A DNA stretch of 64,000 nucleotides. Source: Eledone cirrhosa. Its lineage: Eukaryota. The stretch spans positions 53,940,001-54,004,000 of the forward strand of contig OZ024741.1 of NCBI GenBank assembly GCA_964016885.1. Direction: 5' to 3'. The notes under the pieces were generated by a model, which worked only from the letters and a program-made list of their open reading frames with translations, had not been told where the DNA came from and did not search any database. Positions 25,795 to 42,039 of this stretch are shown here, one piece after another. The first letter of the stretch is position 1; every line of letters begins with the position of its first letter. The position numbers and the translations under genes were made by a program.

Positions 25795-26179
25795 GTTTGA
25801 TAATCAGATCTAGTAGATAGTGTATGCATTAGTCACACATGGAGCATACAGGTGTGTCTCATTTATATACGAGTATTGTGTGGCAAAGTGTTACATGTAA
25901 TGCAAGCACTTTAAGCGGGTAAGCAATAGTATTATGGTGGTTGTAGTGGGAGGGTATTTTTTGTATAGATCAAAAAAGTATTTTCTGCAGACATACTTTT
26001 TTGATCTATACAAAAAATTTCCTCCCACTACAACCACCATAATACTCTTGCTTACCCGCTTAAAGTGCTTGCATTACATATAACACCTTGCCACACAATA
26101 CTCGTATATAAAAGAGACACACTTGCATGCTCCATGTGTGACTAACGCATACACTATCTACTAGATCTGATTATCAAAC
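25795..26179. repeat. ~187 bp-arm inverted repeat (fold-back)
   Basis: GTTTGATAATCAGATCTAG...AAAAAAGTAT is mirrored by ATACTTTTTT...CTAGATCTGATTATCAAAC across a spacer of about 11 bp, with scattered mismatches. Confidence 0.85.
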
Positions 26180-26190
26180 ATATATATATA

Positions 26191-26852
26191 TAGACTCCCT
26201 GATGACGTAAGGACTTCTCTATAGTTGCGTTCCGTAACTATATTTATTCCCTTACAGAAACTAATTACTTGGAGTGAAAATTTTAGTAAGTTAATTTTAA
26301 AATTTTCTTATTTTACGTCTTTCATATAATTGTTCTGCATCCCCCTGCATAGAACCACAAAGGTACTAAGACATAACATATATATTTGCTAACATGGGTA
26401 TACATCTGTATACATATGTTGGTAGATATACTAATTCTCTATATTTATCTCCAAATTATTTGTTGAGCAAAACTTGCCGAAATTTACTGCTATGGTTCAT
26501 GGTAGTAGTTAGGCCCTTGTCTAACTACCACCCCACTCCTCACTGATTAACCTCAGTGTCACGTGATTGATTCTTTAGAATTTGCCACTGACCAAGTAGG
26601 CAGTGAATTTTTACAGTGCCCTGGAATCTAGTCCCCGCTAGCTTTTTTCCATCCACTGAATTATTATTTTTATATGGGTTCCTATTGTCCGCGCATTGCC
26701 TGGGAACTTAGCTGAGAATAGACTACCTGATGACGTAAGGACTTCTCTATAGATGCGTTCCGTAACTATATTTATTCCCTTACAGACACTAATTAGTTGG
26801 AGTGAAAATTTTAGTAAATTAATTTTAAAATGTTCTTATTTTACGTCTTTCA

Positions 26853-26853
<1 letters not shown>
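26191..26853 (+). mobile_element. Retrozyme/PLE-like non-coding element with tandem hammerhead-bearing repeats (528 bp period)
   Basis: 26191-26325 is repeated at 26719-26853, with (TA)n on both sides. Confidence 0.82.
26193..26276 (+). ncRNA. Type I hammerhead with extended stem II
   Basis: ACTCC-CTGATGA-C-GTAAGG...CCTTAC-A-GAAA-CTAATTA(C/G)-TT^GGAGT. The second copy at 26721-26804 keeps the CTAATTAG palindrome but has GAAA>GACA. Confidence 0.78.
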
Positions 26854-27460
<607 letters not shown>

Positions 27461-27775
27461 TTGTTATACTTGGGGAGGGTCATATTTGTGTAATATTGCC
27501 AGAATTAATAACAGAACACACTCACTGTTTGGTTGGTTTTCGCTTTTCGTTTCTGTGTCTTTTATATCGGTAATTTAATTTATTCGGTCCTCAATGTTGC
27601 CATTGACTGACCAACGGTCAAAAATAATACAGATACAATATAGACACAAACACATATATATAGTTTATCAAAGTTCTTTCGTTGCACATCTGCAACATCG
27701 TCAGTGGTGCTATTGTTTCCTCCCGTTGCATTGTATTTTCTACGCCATCTTTATTTAGTCTGTTTATATATTTAT
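27461..27775 (-). mobile_element. Family B PLE pseudo-LTR with hammerhead (27666-27709)
   Basis: Homologous to 10360-10660. The minus strand reads CTGACGA-T-GTTGCA..TGCAAC-GAAA-GAAC-TT. Confidence 0.85.
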
Positions 27776-27780
27776 ATACG

Positions 27781-27839
<59 letters not shown>

Positions 27840-27845
27840 GTATAC

Positions 27846-27884
<39 letters not shown>

Positions 27885-28886
27885 AGCAAGATGTATGGTA
27901 GGTCGTATGTGAATCGCGATGATCACGTCTGACCTACCAAATATGCGACGGTAGCTAGTTAAGCTCTATGCGTATAAGCAGAGCAGAAACATTATATTTT
28001 ATAATTATTGTCTTTTTGCTTATGTATTTTCTTACTTATCATTTTCTTTAATCTTGCCCAACTTGATAAGCTCTTTGAATTGCTCCCTAATTAAATTACT
28101 TAAATTATTTTATCTATTATACCTAAGTTGTATCTGTTGAAGCAGCCCTTTGAAAATTCCTCGGATATCCCAAATACCGTAATTTTTAACTTTTAATTTA
28201 TAATTTTCCTCAATTCGTTTATATATATTCTTAAAGGCTCTCTAAAATTTTAATTCTTCGAAGGGTCTCTCGGAGGAGGTTTCTATTAAAAATATTAAAG
28301 GGGCCTTTTCTGAGGGATTTATTGAAGGCTTTTTGAATTAACCTTTAATTGATTAGTTTCTTTCAACTTAGTAGGGATTATCAAAACTACGGAAATTTTC
28401 TGAAATTTGTTAACGTGATCTCTGGGGAAGAAAGTTTTTTTCTTTCGAAAAAATTTTTTTTTCTCGAAACTAAGAAACTTTATATTTTTTTAGGGAAAAT
28501 TTATATTTTTATTTTTTTATTTTTTTATTTTATTAGTCTCTTACCCTCTTCTAGTTTGTTAGGTTTATTGGGGCTTGTAAGCTTTATGCACTTATTGAGG
28601 GATTTTTAAGGTGCTTCTACGAGATCCCAAGTCTTTTACTTTTAATGCGTAAATTATAAATTATCTAATTTTTAACCTTCAATCCCTGACTCTTAGGCCC
28701 TTTTCAAATTCTCTTAACTCCCCATAACCCATCCCTTTTACAACTCCGACAACTAATATTAAAGAGCCTCCTTAGAATATAGACCCCAAATATACAAGCG
28801 TAGCTGCTGATGTATACCACAATTTCAAACTGCTAGTCTTGAGTGATACGTTGATGTAAATAATGAACTTACAATCACATGTTATA

Positions 28887-28933
28887 TGCCTTGAAAAGTC
28901 CCACCATATGGTCGGACGAAATGGCTGTCGGCA
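28887..28933 (+). ncRNA. Type I hammerhead, U3-A8 core variant
   Basis: TGCC-TTGAAAA-GTCC CACCATATGGTC GGAC-GAAA-TGGCTG-TC^GGCA. Confidence 0.7.
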
Positions 28934-28977
28934 ATAAACTTGTTATAATGTCATAATAGTTCCATTGTTCTTTTTCA

Positions 28978-29890
<913 letters not shown>

Positions 29891-30098
29891 GCGGCGATGA
29901 ATTAGTTTAGCGAGGTTTTTTATATGAAATCGTGTGTCGAAACAAATATTGTTATACTTGGGGAGGGTGATATTTGTGTAATATTGCCAGAATTAATAAC
30001 AGAACACACTCACTGTTTGGTTGGTTTTCGCTTCTCGCTGTCTTTTATATCTGTAATCTAGCTTACTCGGTCCGCAATGTTGCCATTGACTGACCGAC
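29891..30098 (-). mobile_element. Family B PLE 3' end
   Basis: Reverse complement of about 10507-10719. Confidence 0.85.
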
Positions 30099-30099
30099 A

Positions 30100-30192
<93 letters not shown>

Positions 30193-30194
30193 GT

Positions 30195-31739
30195 ACTACC
30201 CAGTGAGCTGAAAGAAGGCACAATATGCCCTATCCATAAAGGAGGTAGCAGAGCGGAGGCCAAAAACTATAGGCCAGTCTCCCTGACGTCGCATATCAGT
30301 AAGGTCATGGATCGAGTCGTCAGAAAGAAACTGATCACTTTCTTTGAGGAAAATGACCGCCTGACTAGCACGCAACATGGCTTCCGCCCAGGAAGAAGCT
30401 GCCTTACACAGCTGCTACATCACTACGACTGGGTACTGAGACAACTACTAGACAGCTCACATGTGGACGTGATATATCTTGACTTTGCGAAGGCCTTTGA
30501 CAAGGTCGACCACCGAATGATATGTCACAAACTACACGGACTCGGCATAACTGGAAAAGTAGGTGAGTAGCTGCAAGGCTTCCTAAGGGACAGAAGCCAG
30601 GCAGTAGCAGAAAATGGGGCCCTCTCAAAGGAAACACCAATAACAAGTGGGGTGCCCCAGGGGACAGTCCTGGGACTACTACTGTTTTTGGTGGCTCTCT
30701 CAGACTTGCTCTCTGTAGTACATACAACAACATCCCTCACTAGCTATGCTGATGACACTAAGGTAGCACAGGAAATCAAAAACCCGGCTGACGCTGCCCT
30801 TTTACAGCAGGATCTGGATGCCATATACAAATGGGCGGAAGAAAACAACATGCAGTTCAATGCTGGCAAATTCAAAGCCCTACAATACAAACCTCCAAAC
30901 AAACCTGCAAACACAAATATAGTGGAACACAACTACACAGGACCAGGAGGGACTGATATCCCCGTGTCAAAATCGATACGAGACCTGGGCATAGACATGA
31001 GCGATGATGCATCTTTTTCTTCACACATCATGAAAGTGGCGACAATGTGCAGACGACTCGCTGGCTGGATCTTGAGGACTTTCCGGACAAAAGATCGAGA
31101 CACCATGTTGACACTATGGAGGACATTTGTCCTAAGCCGCCTGGACTACTGCTCCCAGTTGTGGTTACCCCATAGTGTCAAACTAACCACGGAGCTTGAG
31201 GCAATCCAGCGAAGCTACACCAAGAGGATTGCCAAGATGAGGGAGACAAGCTACTGGGAGAGGCTAAAGGAACTGAACCTCTACTCCTTGGAGCGAAGAC
31301 GGGAGAGATACGCAGTGATCTACATGTGGAAAATCCTGGAGGGACTAGCACCAAACTTTGGCATTGGGAGCTGGACCAACCGTCGAACAGGACGTCACTG
31401 TGTGGTGCCAAAGGTCCCGTCTTCCACATCTAGAATAAGGAGCAGGTATTGCAATAGCCTGGGATTCAAGGGCCCTCAACTCTTCAACAAGCTGCGGAGG
31501 GATCTGAGAGATTTGCATGACGTGGAGGTGGATGTCTTCAAGAAACATCTCGACACCTTGTTATCACCGGATGAGCCCACAGCAAGACACGAGGGAAACC
31601 TAAGGGCAGCAGCAACAAACTCCCTCTTACACCAGTGGCCAACCTATACAAGCTGGAGATAAAATGTGTAGCAACAAGGGCGGTGCCCCAGCATGGCCTC
31701 AGCCGGATGGCTGAAACATGTAAAAGAGTAAAAGAGTAA
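30195..31739 (+). mobile_element. 5'-truncated Proto2/CR1-like LINE, second family, RT domain with one stop
   Basis: NYRPVSLTS, QHGFR, YLDFAKAFDKVDH, GVPQGTVLG, YADD, LDYCSQLW and LYSLERRRERY are present, with an in-frame TAG at 30568. The tail is (GTAAAAGA)n. Confidence 0.92.
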
Positions 31740-31761
31740 TATATATATATATATATATATA

Positions 31762-32429
31762 TACAAGATAATATAAATTAATATATATGATAAACACAGA
31801 TACCAACATATCAGTGTTTGTATTGTAAATGACTGAGCTATTTCATTGTAAACGACTGCCTGAGTTTTGAACTCTTTATTCATAGTATCACTGCTCCTTA
31901 TGTTGAGCTAACTTTAGCCCCATATAAACGGCTGTTATTTCTAGCAGCACGAGTATGCGGCAGCTAGAAACTGAAAAACCATGTGCGTTAATCAGTCTTT
32001 TTAAATATTTTGAAGTGAAACATACCAATTTTTCAGGGTACTTACTGAGGAGAACTGATTGTGGTATTTTTTCACCTTTTTCACTTTTTCATTTATCGAA
32101 ACATATTTGGATTTTAAAGTTTAAACTTATCTACGGAACAGGTTTGATTTTGAAATTTAAATTTGTCTAAGTACCACGGCTATTTGCCAATATGGTTTGT
32201 TTTTATTGATTTATTATTTTAAATCGAGACAGGCAAACTGTATTATTATAATTAGTATTTTTCAATCTAGCTAACTTAGTCATTTACAATGCAAACACTG
32301 ATATGTTGGTATCTGTGTTTATCATATATATTAATTCATATTATCTTGTATTACACGGCTCAGAAATACTTCTTCCTTTGAGCTATTTCATTGTAAACGA
32401 CTGCCTGAGTTTTGAACTCTTTATTGATA

Positions 32430-32432
<3 letters not shown>
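31762..32432 (+). mobile_element. Non-coding element with PLE-type inverted and direct terminal repeats
   Basis: 31762-31833 is inverted at 32278-32350. TGAGCTATTTCATTGTAAACGACTGCC is repeated at 31833 and 32379 (546 bp period). (TA)n flanks both sides. Confidence 0.7.
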
Positions 32433-33663
<1,231 letters not shown>

Positions 33664-33664
33664 G

Positions 33665-34166
<502 letters not shown>

Positions 34167-34179
34167 GTATATATATATT

Positions 34180-34247
<68 letters not shown>

Positions 34248-34271
34248 TATATATATATATATACATATATA

Positions 34272-36682
34272 TAACTTTGAATAACTTTGAAATGTTTTGG
34301 CCAGTATTGGCCCAGGCCATGTCTAACTTAATAGCACCACCTGGCGAAGTCTTTCATTCAGGATTTGGGCACCATGACCCATTCGAGAAGAGAGTTACTG
34401 TTTGCGGAGACGTATCCGGGTGTGGGTGGTTTGTCCGGGATTACTTGGAGGAATTTGTCGAAAGACTTCTTGAATTCCGTGTGGTCAGTTTCTGTTTTGA
34501 CGTGTCCTGATATGATGTTGAAGAGAGCCAATTGAGGTGAAATAATTGTGCCGTATTGTTGTTATGAGTTGCGATTTAGATTTTTGTTTGGGACGGATAG
34601 CACGGGGCCCGAGCCTTGGGTGTATTTTGAATGTGATGCCAACATCATTTGGGAAGTGCTGATGAAACATTTTCCACATCATGCAGATAATATAATGCTC
34701 ACGGCGACGTTGGAGTGAGTAAAGTTTCAGCTTTTCTAGTCGACCCCTGTAATCAAAGTCTGACATGCCATCTATCTTTTTCCTGATTGCCCTTTGGGGA
34801 GCTTCAAGATTCATAATACTTTGTTTCGTGTGGGGAGACCACAGTGGACAACAGTATTCAAGGTGTGGTCGGGCAAAAGTGGAGAAGAGAAGGATAATGG
34901 TGTGGGAAACTCTCGACTGGAAGCTTCTGAGGATCCAGGAACACATTCTGCGGGCCATGTCAACTTTGCTGCTTATATGCGTGGCCCAGCTTATGTTGCT
35001 GTCCACGGTTACTCCCAAGCCTCTGATGTTGTTAGATGCCACGTTGTGGGACCCCACTACTGACTTTGGCTGGGCTGGATTTGACTCCTTCGACTACAAC
35101 ATGTTGGGTTCTGTTTGACAAGAGCACTTGATCCACTGCAGCAGCTTTCCAGTGACACCAATATTAGAGAGCTTTCTCAGTAGAATGTTGTGATCAACCC
35201 TGTCAAAGGCTTTGCTGAAATCAAGGTAGATAAAATCAGTGTTGGAACCCTCTCCCAAGGCTCTCAAAATGTCATCAAAGTGATGCAGTAGCTGCGTCAG
35301 GCAATCCCTTCCATTACGGAATCCATGCTGGTTGGAGTTCAGCATATTGTTACTCTTAAGGAAATGAGTCATTCGCGATCTCACTACTCTCTCAAATACC
35401 TTAATGATATGAGAGGTGAGTGAGATTGGACGGTAATTCACGGCAAGGGATTTGTTTCCGTTTTTGAAAACTGGGACAACAGACTGGGATAGAAGGTTTT
35501 CTGGCACATATCCTGCATCCAGTGAGTTCCGCCAGAGATTGGCAAGAGGAGATGCAAGTTGGTGTTGACACAGCTTCAAGACAAAAGCAGGGAAACTATC
35601 GGGACCTTTTGCCGCTAAGACATCAGGGGCGCCAAACGTTATGTCCGATAAGGTGTAATGGGGAGTAACATCGCCGATACAGCCCAGATCGGCCATATCA
35701 GGATTGCTGAAAACAGAGCAGTATTGTTTCTGCAGTATCTCACCCTTGGTTTTAGCATTGTCGTGAAGAGTGCCATTTTCATCAATTAGAGGGCCAGCAG
35801 TAGAGTCAGTGATTTTGTGTTTTTTTGCAAATGAATAGAACACTTTGGGATTGAGTTTGATCTTCTCAATCGCCCAGGCCTCTTCAGCTCTTCTCTGATT
35901 GTTGATGATAGACATCATATTGTTTTGGAGGTTATGTTTTTTAATCTCTAGTGATGAAATGGCAGTCAAGTTGATATGTTGCTGCTGACAGTATTTCAGC
36001 TTGTTTTTTTTTTTAGTTCTCTTAATTTTCCTGATGAGCGTTTTTCTATTTCTAGGGATTCTGCTTTTAGATTTGTTTATAGTTCTTAATTGGGTGTGTT
36101 TTGCACAAATGTTTGTAACAGTGTCCACAAATCTCTGCCAGGACTTTTTGATGTTAGTGGGTGTGTGAGTGTGCGTGAGGACCAGTCGACATGTGCAAGA
36201 TCATGACTGATCGCTTCCCAGTTTGCATTGTGGAAATCTATAGCGTCAAACGGATGGACAGGAGAGATGACATTGGGTTTGTATATTGGACGGTGGAATC
36301 TCAGATCACAGAGAACCATGTCATGATCAGAGAGTAGAGTTTTTTCCACTGCAATATTGTGGATAGTGTCAGTGTGATTACTGAAAATTAAGTCTAGGAC
36401 GTTTTTGTGGCACCTCGTTGGTTCGAGCACCAGTTGGGACAGGAAGAAATCATCCATGAAGTCAAGAAGCGATTCCACTGCTTCCCTGTCAGAGGTTGAG
36501 GCAGAAGAACCTGGTGGCAGGCTGTTTGTGAACCAGTCAACTCCGGGGAGGTTGAATTCCCCCATCATTAAGATGTTGTCAGGGTGACACTCTTGGATGA
36601 AACACTTTATGCTGTTGAGACATTCCTTGAAGCATGGTAGAGGCGTTTGGGTGGCCTATAGAGCCCAACTGCTATTAGGTTG
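34272..36682 (-). mobile_element. Proto2/CR1-like LINE, same family as 7250-9468, decayed ORF2
   Basis: It has APE (36086-36680), the RT N-half (NYRPISLTS, YLDFSKAFD) and the C-terminus, with frameshifts. A deletion right after SGVPQ (~35045) removes YADD. The 3' tail matches the other copy. Confidence 0.92.
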
Positions 36683-36742
36683 CACATGGGTTACATATGA
36701 TAAAAATTGTCCTTCGTCAATGATTTATATATATACATATAC

Positions 36743-36804
<62 letters not shown>

Positions 36805-37339
36805 CATTGACGAAGGACAATTTTTATCATATGTAACCCATGTGCAACCACGCAGTATTCTTTCTTCTCATGTTTTTTATATATATTTTCCTCAGCTACA
36901 TTTGTCTGTTTCTCTCTTACTGCTTCCCCGCTCTCTCTGTTTCTCTCACCTTCTTTCGCCTCCTCTGTCAGTTACACTTTCTCTCGACTGGCCTCTTCCT
37001 CGCACTTCCACTCACTCACTCTCTGTTTCTCCCCTTCTCACTTCCTCCCGTTTGGCCTGTAGTGGATTCTCTTCTTGCTCATGCAATCCACACAGCTTAA
37101 GCTGACCGGATCCCCATGCTGCTTGTCTTTTCCTATCTTTGCGTTGCTATCCTTCCTTGTTGTTTACTGTCTCGCTCGCTTTACGAGATTTACTTGTCCC
37201 AATAGCTTTATTTAGTTATTGCTCGCACCAACCGGAGGTATATGATTTTTAAAGCGATGAAATACCAATGAAAGTTGGAAAATCACCACATGTAACCCAT
37301 GTGCAACCACGCAGTATTCTTTCTTCTCATGTTTTTTTT

Positions 37340-37340
<1 letters not shown>
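36682..37340 (+). mobile_element. Non-coding PLE-like element with direct repeat and inverted 5' copy
   Basis: TGTAACCCATGTGCAACCACGCAGTATTCTTTCTTCTCATG occurs at 36832 and 37291. Positions 36682-36726 mirror 36801-36845 across (TA)n. Confidence 0.65.
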
Positions 37341-37407
<67 letters not shown>

Positions 37408-37409
<2 letters not shown>

Positions 37410-37650
37410 GGCGCGTGTCATTGTGGTTAGAATGGTCGGCTGACGATCGTAAAGTCGTGGTCTTCTTGAGAATTTATTTCATGTTGCTCCAGTTAACTCA
37501 GCTGGCAAATATTGAATGAGACAGCTTTACCACATGCTGTGTCACGCTGAATCTCCCTGACAAGTACATTAAATTGCACCTTAATTTCACAAATATGCAG
37601 TTCCGTTGGTTTAATCAACTGGAACGCTCGCCGTCAGAAAAAAACGGAGG
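37408..37650 (+). mobile_element. tRNA-SINE family 2, decayed
   Basis: Has the head AAGGCGCGTG...GTGGTTAGA and the core TGTTGCTCCAGT..ACTCAGCTG. Confidence 0.6.
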
Positions 37651-37723
37651 GTCTGCATGTATTCATGTATGTATGTATACATACACACACGCACATACAC
37701 AAACACACGCACAAGCACACACG

Positions 37724-37763
<40 letters not shown>

Positions 37764-37781
37764 ACTACATATATATATATG

Positions 37782-37882
37782 CAGGCTGTCCCAAAAATGT
37801 ATACATACTTTAATTAATTACCTCTACAGGCAATATTGATTAGAATGCTTTTGAAGTTTGTCTACATTTTTGGAACACCCCG
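37782..37882. mobile_element. ~100 bp Tc1/mariner-type MITE
   Basis: Imperfect 23 bp TIRs: CAGGCTGTCCCAAAAATGTATAC and GTCTACATTTTTGGAACACCCCG. Confidence 0.65.
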
Positions 37883-39304
37883 TGTGTGCGCATGTGTGTC
37901 TGTGTGAGTATAAGTGCATGCGTTTTCCTAAACAACTTACAGCAGGCAGCACAAGATATTACCAACGTATTTGAGTAAGTGATTATCCAGTATTTATTTT
38001 ATGCTTGTATTTGTTAGTAAGGTAATATACTGAATCAAATAGTGTTTACAGTTACATGTTCATTTACAAGCTAATTTATGTTTTCAACTTTAGTTTATGG
38101 GCAATTCGTTTATTCTGTGTTGGCCTATAGCATTTTGGATATTATTTATTAAGTAGAGGTTTACAGTGTCATATCGTGTTTACTTGTTTCTATCTGTAAT
38201 TTCTAATTTTCATTTCTTTTTTTTCTCTTCGTGCTCAATTGTTTCTTGTTGCTTGATATTGGTTTATAGTCGTCTTTCTTCGGCTATCTATTGGCTAAGA
38301 ATATAGCTTTGTCTCTTTCCTTCTCGGGTTTGCCGGTGCGTTAATTGTGTATAGCTTTAAGCTGGGTCAGTTTGGCCTTCAAATAGTTAGAAGTGGGACT
38401 ACCGAGTCAAGTTTGCAACGGGATGGATCGGCATTAGTTCCTAAAGATTGTACTGGATATACATAGGTTATATGCCAATTAAGTAGTGGGGTCGGAGTCA
38501 GTGCAGATTATTATGTAAAATATTTAATATGACAACGGCAGCTTGATGACGCCCGTGATCGCCATACCAGTAATTGGTGCATGTCGATGATTTTTCTGTA
38601 ATTTACGACTTGTGTGGTTTAAATCATATATGTGCGATTCGGGTCAGATGGAAAAGTTTGAATTTAGGTGTATAGCTTTTTCCTTGAGTTCCTCGTTGAC
38701 TTTGGTTTAATCTGGATACACTTACGTTCAAAGTAAAGCTATTGATGATCTTAATTACACACACGAACACATATTTATGTATGTCTGTATGTATGCATGT
38801 AGTTATAAATGTATGTATGCATGCATGTATATATATATATGCATGAATGCATTCGTATATACATACACACGTACATGCGTGTTGTGTACCCTACGCGTCA
38901 AGCTTAAACTATTTCTATTGTAGAAAGGCATAAATATATTTATGGTGGGGGGCTGGTAAATAGAGAGATTGGTGGTATTCTTGGTTGTAGTCGAGTGGTC
39001 AGCCACCCATACCCATGTGATTAAACAGGGCTGTCTGTGGGTCCTGAAAATTAGAAGGGAATCGGCGCTCCAAACAAAAAAGCTCCTTTCCACCCAAAAT
39101 TGCCTCGGAGATGTTACCTATTAATCAATTTTTGCTGTCTGAAGAAATCACGATATCTATCGTCATATATATATCCGCTCAATTAATAACGTTCTCTAAC
39201 ATCTTCAACTTCGCATTTTCCTCCATATTAATATACTCCGCCATCCTTGTTTTAGGAACTAATAGGACGTTGAGTGCTACAAGTGAATTGCTTCCTTATA
39301 TACC

Positions 39305-39382
<78 letters not shown>

Positions 39383-39435
39383 GTAAGGTTTTTTACAAAA
39401 TGAAAAAAAAACGAGGTGTCCTACATGAGTGAAAG

Positions 39436-40051
39436 TATAAGGAAAAAAGAGGAAATCGAAAATGCAACTGGAGTCTTTTTTTAAATATATTTATTTGGTA
39501 CCTTTACCGGTTTCGCAGTTCTTCTGCTTTTCAAAAGTAGAATTGAGATGGAGGGTTTGTGGTTTTTCTTACATCTGGTTGGGGTTCGAATGTTCGAATG
39601 TTACTTCTGTTTTATATGGAAAAAAGTGGCTCGAAATGCTAGGTTTTTAGAGAAGTAATTTGGTTGGTTGATGACTGTCATCTGAATAAGTATAATAAAT
39701 TCCCCGCCAGTTCGCGTTACAAAGTTCTTATTATGTTTGCCTTCAAAAAAGAAAGTATTGGAGGCTCAGATTGTTTTATCATATATGAGTGAAGTTTGGT
39801 TGGTTGATATAGTCACGTCAATATGCACATTAGCTTTCGCGCCAGTTTGTGTTTGAATTTCTTGAGCCACTTTTTTTCCATATAAAACAGAAGTGACATT
39901 CGAACACCAACCAGATGTGAGAAAAACCATAAACCCTCCATCTCAAATCTACTTTTGAAAAGTACAAGAACTGCGAAACCGGTAAAGGAACCAAATAAAT
40001 ATATTTAAAAAAAAAAAATACTCCAGTTGCATTTTCGATTTCATCTTTTTT

Positions 40052-40058
<7 letters not shown>
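39436..40058. mobile_element. Inverted pseudo-LTR pair with U3-A8 hammerheads
   Basis: Arms are about 39436-39632 and 39864-40058, with (TA)n nearby on both sides. Confidence 0.8.
39502..39537 (-). ncRNA. Minimal type I hammerhead, U3-A8 core variant
   Basis: The minus strand reads CTT-TTGAAAA-GCAG AAGAA CTGC-GAAA-CCGG-TA^AAG. The mirror copy at 39952-39987 (+) has a damaged stem II. Confidence 0.72.
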
Positions 40059-40122
<64 letters not shown>

Positions 40123-40783
40123 GAATGAATCAGCGTTAAGTCATAATCGTATTTGAACTTTTGAAAACGTCGATGCAATGCCTGTGGCATAACATCTTCA
40201 CATAATTGTGTTAATAACTGATGATGTCACACCGCTTCTGGTTGCTGTCGTAATATCGCATACCACCTTCACAAAGTTTATTCATGCTTAGAAATTCCGT
40301 CGCGTTTGATCACTACCTTAATACTGGATAGATAGGACTGACGTGGAGTACGCTTACCTGCTTACACCAGTTAATCAACGAGACGTCACACCTCAATTCT
40401 TACCGATGAGCAACACATTAATTAGCAACAATATATATATATATAATATTTGCATATACATTTAGAACATATATTTATCTATATACAATAAAAACTTCAT
40501 AATGTATATCAGCCTCCCCGTTTTGTGTATTGCTCATATACTCGATGAAGCCCCTTTACTTAATGTCAATTATCTAATTATATTAAAAAATTTGTTTTTA
40601 TTATTCAAGACAAATCCAAGGGTAATAATCAAGTTTATTCATGAATGATCTCCCTTGCCATATATAGGAGCTGCACATGACAGGAAGTCACAGCATTTTA
40701 ACGTAATGGGTTTCATGGGAATTTCAATTGTCGCCTTATACATTGTGTGTTTGTGTGTGTGTGTGTGTATTTGTGTATGTGCA

Positions 40784-40814
<31 letters not shown>

Positions 40815-41042
40815 TTGGGTGTGTGTGTGTGGGTGTGTGGGTGTGTGTGTGTGTGGGTGTGTGTATGTGTGTGTGTGTGAATCATGCATCCCTTACGGGG
40901 TCGATAACATAAAATACAAGTAATGCATATGATGAAGCATTACGTAGATTAATACAGATTGCAATATATATGTTTACATGTTATTTCTGTTTCCCTTTTG
41001 CATATATATAAATATATATATATACATGTATATTTATGTGTG

Positions 41043-41133
<91 letters not shown>

Positions 41134-41171
41134 GAATATTTATATATATATAAATGAATATATATATATAA

Positions 41172-41277
<106 letters not shown>

Positions 41278-41327
41278 GGATATATATATATATATATATA
41301 TAAATGGATATATATATATATATATTC

Positions 41328-41542
<215 letters not shown>

Positions 41543-41754
41543 TGTGTGTATATTTAATGAATATTAAAATTCTACTTTGGTGTTGAGATCTCCTCTCACT
41601 CAACCGTTGGATATATACGGGTATATCGAAGGGGTTGCACCCTGATTGAACGGATTGAATTATATATAGAGAGGGGGAGAGTGAAAGGAAGAAGAGATAA
41701 ATAGAGCGATATGTATGGATGGATTTATATCTATCAATCTATCATACATATATA

Positions 41755-41946
41755 TAACGAAGGAAATGTAGCAAGGAACCAGATGGACCATAACGCACCA
41801 AAGTACTCAATACTTAGGGTATTAGAGTGGGTAATAGGAACAAGTATGACCCCGACGGCAGAGCTCAAGCTGTTTCGACGGCTAATTCTGAGTCCAGAAT
41901 TAGCCGTCGAAACGGCTTGAGCTCTGCCGTCAGGGTCATACTTGTT

Positions 41947-41950
<4 letters not shown>
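41755..41950. mobile_element. Family D pseudo-LTR fold-back
   Basis: Inversion centre CTAATTCTG|AGTCCAGAATTAG at ~41890. Confidence 0.75.
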
Positions 41951-41987
<37 letters not shown>

Positions 41988-42039
41988 CTTTTCTCTAATC
42001 TAATATATATTCCAGTTCTCTAATCAATCAGCCACACGC

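Noticed and set aside
36801-36845. Hammerhead at TTGACGA-AGGAC...CATATG-TA
   Set aside because: There is no GAAA and no stem I pairing. At most it is a deleted remnant.
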